Below are positions 61,854-64,000 of a DNA stretch of 64,000 bases, piece by piece. The DNA is from Planctomycetota bacterium. GTDB lineage: Bacteria > Planctomycetota > B15-G4. The notes under the pieces were generated by a model. That model was given only the letters and a program-made list of their open reading frames with translations, did no database searches and had not been told where the DNA came from. A program made the translations under genes and the position numbers. The DNA is taken from positions 32,001 through 96,000 of the forward strand of contig JBBQUR010000009.1 of assembly GCA_038212275.1 (NCBI GenBank), in the 5' to 3' direction. Each line of letters opens with the position of its first letter. Positions within the stretch are counted from its first letter, which is position 1.

Positions 61854-61854
<1 letters not shown>
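61252..61854 (+). CDS. lptE: LptE-family lipoprotein
   Basis: Lipobox LASGC; V.V.FF.NETFYRDVEFELT, ADVVLTG.V and LARDIV.VLEEDF motifs; adjacent to bamD. Confidence 0.75.
61363..61404 (+). repeat. 12-bp coding repeat x3.5 (LAPL) in the LptE signal peptide
   Basis: ctcgcgcccctt starts at 61363, 61375 and 61387. Confidence 0.9.

Positions 61855-64000
<2,146 letters not shown>

Overview
Very GC-rich (roughly 70% by eye) bacterial chromosome segment from a diderm organism. Planctomycetota is the likely phylum, inferred from the recO-bamD-lptE-ftsH block and the FG-GAP-type secreted proteins; this was not confirmed by a search. The window holds about 49 mostly housekeeping or envelope genes: beta-carbonic anhydrase, NnrE, a GH2 glycosidase, EttA, a CPA2 antiporter, three M28 peptidases, TamB/TamA-like proteins, an acyl-CoA ligase, a B12 radical SAM enzyme, Xth, RuvX, two GT-C-like membrane proteins, a CHAT protease, AqpZ, an MsbA-like exporter, RecO, BamD, LptE and a partial FtsH. 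It also holds the RNase P RNA gene. Five signals stand out. (1) An AhpD/peroxidase-related gene that the ORF track splits at an in-frame TGA; the TGA sits in a CxxU motif and is followed by an fdhF-like SECIS hairpin, so this is probably a selenoprotein. (2) Two inverted copies of a ~200-bp nested-palindrome element with a compensatory indel lie between aqpZ and the ABC exporter. (3) A TAnnnT box recurs 6-8 nt before start codons, suggesting widespread leaderless mRNAs. (4) A shared C-terminal module may mark unrelated secreted proteins. (5) Two adjacent unrelated genes carry near-identical signal peptides. No CRISPR array, tRNA, rRNA or transposase was seen. Family calls come from motif recognition only; no searches were run.
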